DNA of 7,298 bases from a virus (taxonomy: Duplodnaviria > Heunggongvirae > Uroviricota > Caudoviricetes), in the IMG/VR virus record IMGVR_UViG_2582580984_000004, one strand, 5' to 3'. The first letter of the stretch is position 1, and each line of letters starts with the position of its first letter. The notes beneath the pieces are model-generated. The model made no database searches. It was not told where the DNA came from and saw only the letters and a list, made by a program, of their open reading frames with translations. Shown here piece by piece: positions 5,242 through 7,298 of the stretch. The position numbers and the translations under genes are program-made.

Positions 5242-7298
5242 ATGAGTAAAGTCTTTATTTGCGCCGCCATTCCGGACGAACAGGCAATAAAGGAAGAAGG
5301 TGCCGTCGCTGTAGCCACTGCCATTGAAGCCGGTGATGAACGTCGCGCCCGCGCAAAATTTCACTGGCAATTCCTGGAGCATTATCCGGCTGCTCAGGAC
5401 TGCGCTTATAAATTTCTTGTCTGCGAGGATAAACCCGGTATACCCCGCCCTGCCCTCGATTCCTGGGATGCTGAATATATGCAGGAAAACCGCTGGGATG
5501 AGGCGTCTGCTTCCTTTGTCCCGGTCGAGACTGAATCCGATCCGATGAACGTCACTTTTGACAACCTAGCCCCTGAAGTACAGAACGCTGTCATGGTTAA
5601 GTTCGACACATGTGAAAACATCACCGTTGATATGGTTATTAGCGCACAGGAATTGTTGCAGGAAGACATGGCAACATTCGACGGACATATCGTTGAAGCG
5701 TTGATGAAAATGCCAGAAGTTAACGCCATGTATCCGGAGCTTAAGTTGCACGCCATTGGGTGGGTTAAGCATAAATGTAAGCCTGGTGCCAAATGGCCCG
5801 AAATTCAGGCAGAGATGCGCATCTGGAAAAAACGTCGCGAAGGTGAACGCAAGGAAGCCGGAAAATACACGTCTGTTGTTGATCTCGCCCGCGCCAGAGC
5901 CAATCAACAGCACACTGAAAATTCAACAGGAAAAATCAACCCGGTCATTGCTGCCATTCATCGCGAATACAAGCAGACATGGAAAACACTGGATGACGAA
6001 CTGGCCTACGCTCTCTGGCCTGGTGATGTGGATGCCGGAAACATTGACGGCAGCATCCATCGCTGGGCAAAAAATGAAGTTATCGACAACGACCGCGAAG
6101 ACTGGAAGCGTATCTCGGCATCAATGCGCAAACAGCCTGATGCCCTTCGCTACGACCGCCAGACTATTTTTGGCCTTGTCCGTGAACGTCCGATCGACAT
6201 TCACAAAGACCCTGTGGCACTGAACAAATACATTACTGAATACCTGACTACAAAGGGCGTGTTTGAAGATGAAGGAACAAATCAGAGCGCAACTGATACT
6301 CTCTCGTCGCCAGTACCAGAAACTGATGCAGTGGAAACGGCAATTCCGGGCAACGAAAAAACCGAATGCAAAGTGGAAGTCGAACCATCTGTAGAGCGTG
6401 AGGGGCCGTTCTACTTCCTCTTCACCGACAAGGATGGCGAAAAATACGGTCGCGCAAACAAACTTTCTGGTCTGGAAAAAGCACTAGCCTTGGGAGCTAC
6501 GGAAATCACAAAAGAGGAATACTTCGCACGTAAAAACGGCACGTACTCAGGTTCACAACAAAATACTGGTGCATCTGACACGACCGCACAACCAGAGCCG
6601 GTAAAAGTTACCGCTGACGAAGTAAACAAAATTATGCAGGCAGCCAATATCAGCCAGCCTGACGCCGATAAGTTGCTTGCTGCCTCTCGCGGAGAATTTG
6701 TTGCAGGGATTAGCGACCCGAATGATCCGAAATGGGTAAAGGGGATTGAAACCCGCGATTCTGTAAACCAGAACCAGCAAGAAACGGAACAGAACGACCA
6801 GAAAGCGGAACAAAACAGCCCAAATACGCAACAAAACGAGCCAGAAACGAAACAACCTGAGCCAGTAGCGCAACAGGAACCGGAAAAAGTCTGCACCGCC
6901 TGCGGTCAAAGCGGTGGCGGCAACTGCCCTGATTGTGGCGCGGTGATGGGTGACGCAACATACCAGGAAACATTCGATGAAGAGAATCAGGTTGAAGTTC
7001 AGGAAAATGATCCGAAGGAAATGGAAGGCGCTGAACATCCACACAAGGAGAATGCTGGTAGCGCTCAGGATCACGCCAGCGATAGTGAAACTGGCGAGAC
7101 GGCAGATCCCTTAATTACGATGAACGGTCATCACGTTATCACATCCACCAGCAGGACGTGTGACCATCTAATGATCGACCTTGAAACCATGGGAAAAAAT
7201 CCTGATGCCCCGATTATCTCAATAGGTGCAATATTTTTCGATCCGCAAACCGGAGATATGGGACCGGAATTTAGTAAGACTATCGATCATACCCCGCC
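5242..7298 (+). CDS. large RecE-like / YdfE-like prophage recombination-exonuclease protein, N-terminal 685 codons (3' end outside window)
   Basis: ATG at 5242 preceded by GAGGT (5228-5232); the frame is open to the window end. Contains a segment [31 protein letters not shown] that I associate with RecE-family N-terminal regions, a Q/E/N-rich low-complexity linker, a CxxC-x8-CxxC zinc ribbon (6883-6927), and at the end [10 protein letters not shown]...[10 protein letters not shown], resembling exonuclease motif I of DnaQ/DEDD 3'-5' exonucleases. Not in the ORF track because no stop occurs within the window. Confidence 0.8.
   Translation, partial: [685 protein letters not shown]

Noticed and set aside
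6770-6880. Q/E/N-rich nucleotide quasi-repeats (gaacag/aaacag units) inside the RecE-like gene as a possible independent repeat element
   Set aside because: They are in frame and encode a low-complexity acidic linker ([16 protein letters not shown]...), so they are better explained as a coding linker than as a separate DNA element.
5109-7074. Nine minus- and plus-strand ORFs (5109-5324, 5182-5382, 5324-5548, 5406-5792, 5566-5913, 5756-6223, 6411-6896, 6553-7074, 6710-7042) overlapping the large RecE-like gene
   Set aside because: All lie inside or antisense to the long uninterrupted plus-strand ORF starting at 5242. Their translations are Cys/Arg/Leu/Phe-rich with no start signals, typical of shadow ORFs.
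1-7298. CRISPR arrays, tRNA or rRNA genes, integrase or attachment sites
   Set aside because: No regularly spaced direct repeats with unique spacers, no cloverleaf-compatible tRNA-like sequence, and no integrase-like ORF are visible in the window. The only tandem repeats are the ori iterons inside the initiator gene.

Overview
This window looks like the early (immunity, replication, recombination) region of a Qin/Rac-type lambdoid prophage of Escherichia coli or a close relative, with an IS2 copy at its left edge. All protein and RNA identities below come from reading the sequence and from recalled family knowledge; no database search was run. Left to right: (1) the right-hand ~350 bp of IS2 (InsD C-terminus and terminal inverted repeat, ending at 351); (2) an AT-rich gene fragment on the minus strand whose N-terminus resembles a PIN/VapC-like nuclease and whose frame runs straight into the IS2 end, so it appears truncated by the insertion; (3) a minus-strand replication operon: a Cro-sized DicC/YdaS-like regulator, a 173-aa unknown, a lambda-O-like initiator carrying an internal iteron array (putative ori), and a 133-aa unknown; (4) a divergent DicA-like HTH repressor with a 14-16 bp operator motif present three times; (5) a plus-strand dicB-type operon: YdfA-like small protein, a 121-aa unknown, the DicF sRNA with its terminator, DicB and YdfD-like; (6) a large RecE/YdfE-like ORF (685 codons in window, 3' end outside) that ends in a CxxC-x8-CxxC zinc ribbon and the start of what looks like a DnaQ/DEDD-type exonuclease domain. 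Most of this is a known module type. The items I would look at first are the RecE-like ORF's C-terminal architecture, the IS2-truncated PIN-like gene, a convergent small ORF inside the dicB operon, and a 19-bp long-range inverted repeat between DicF and dicB.
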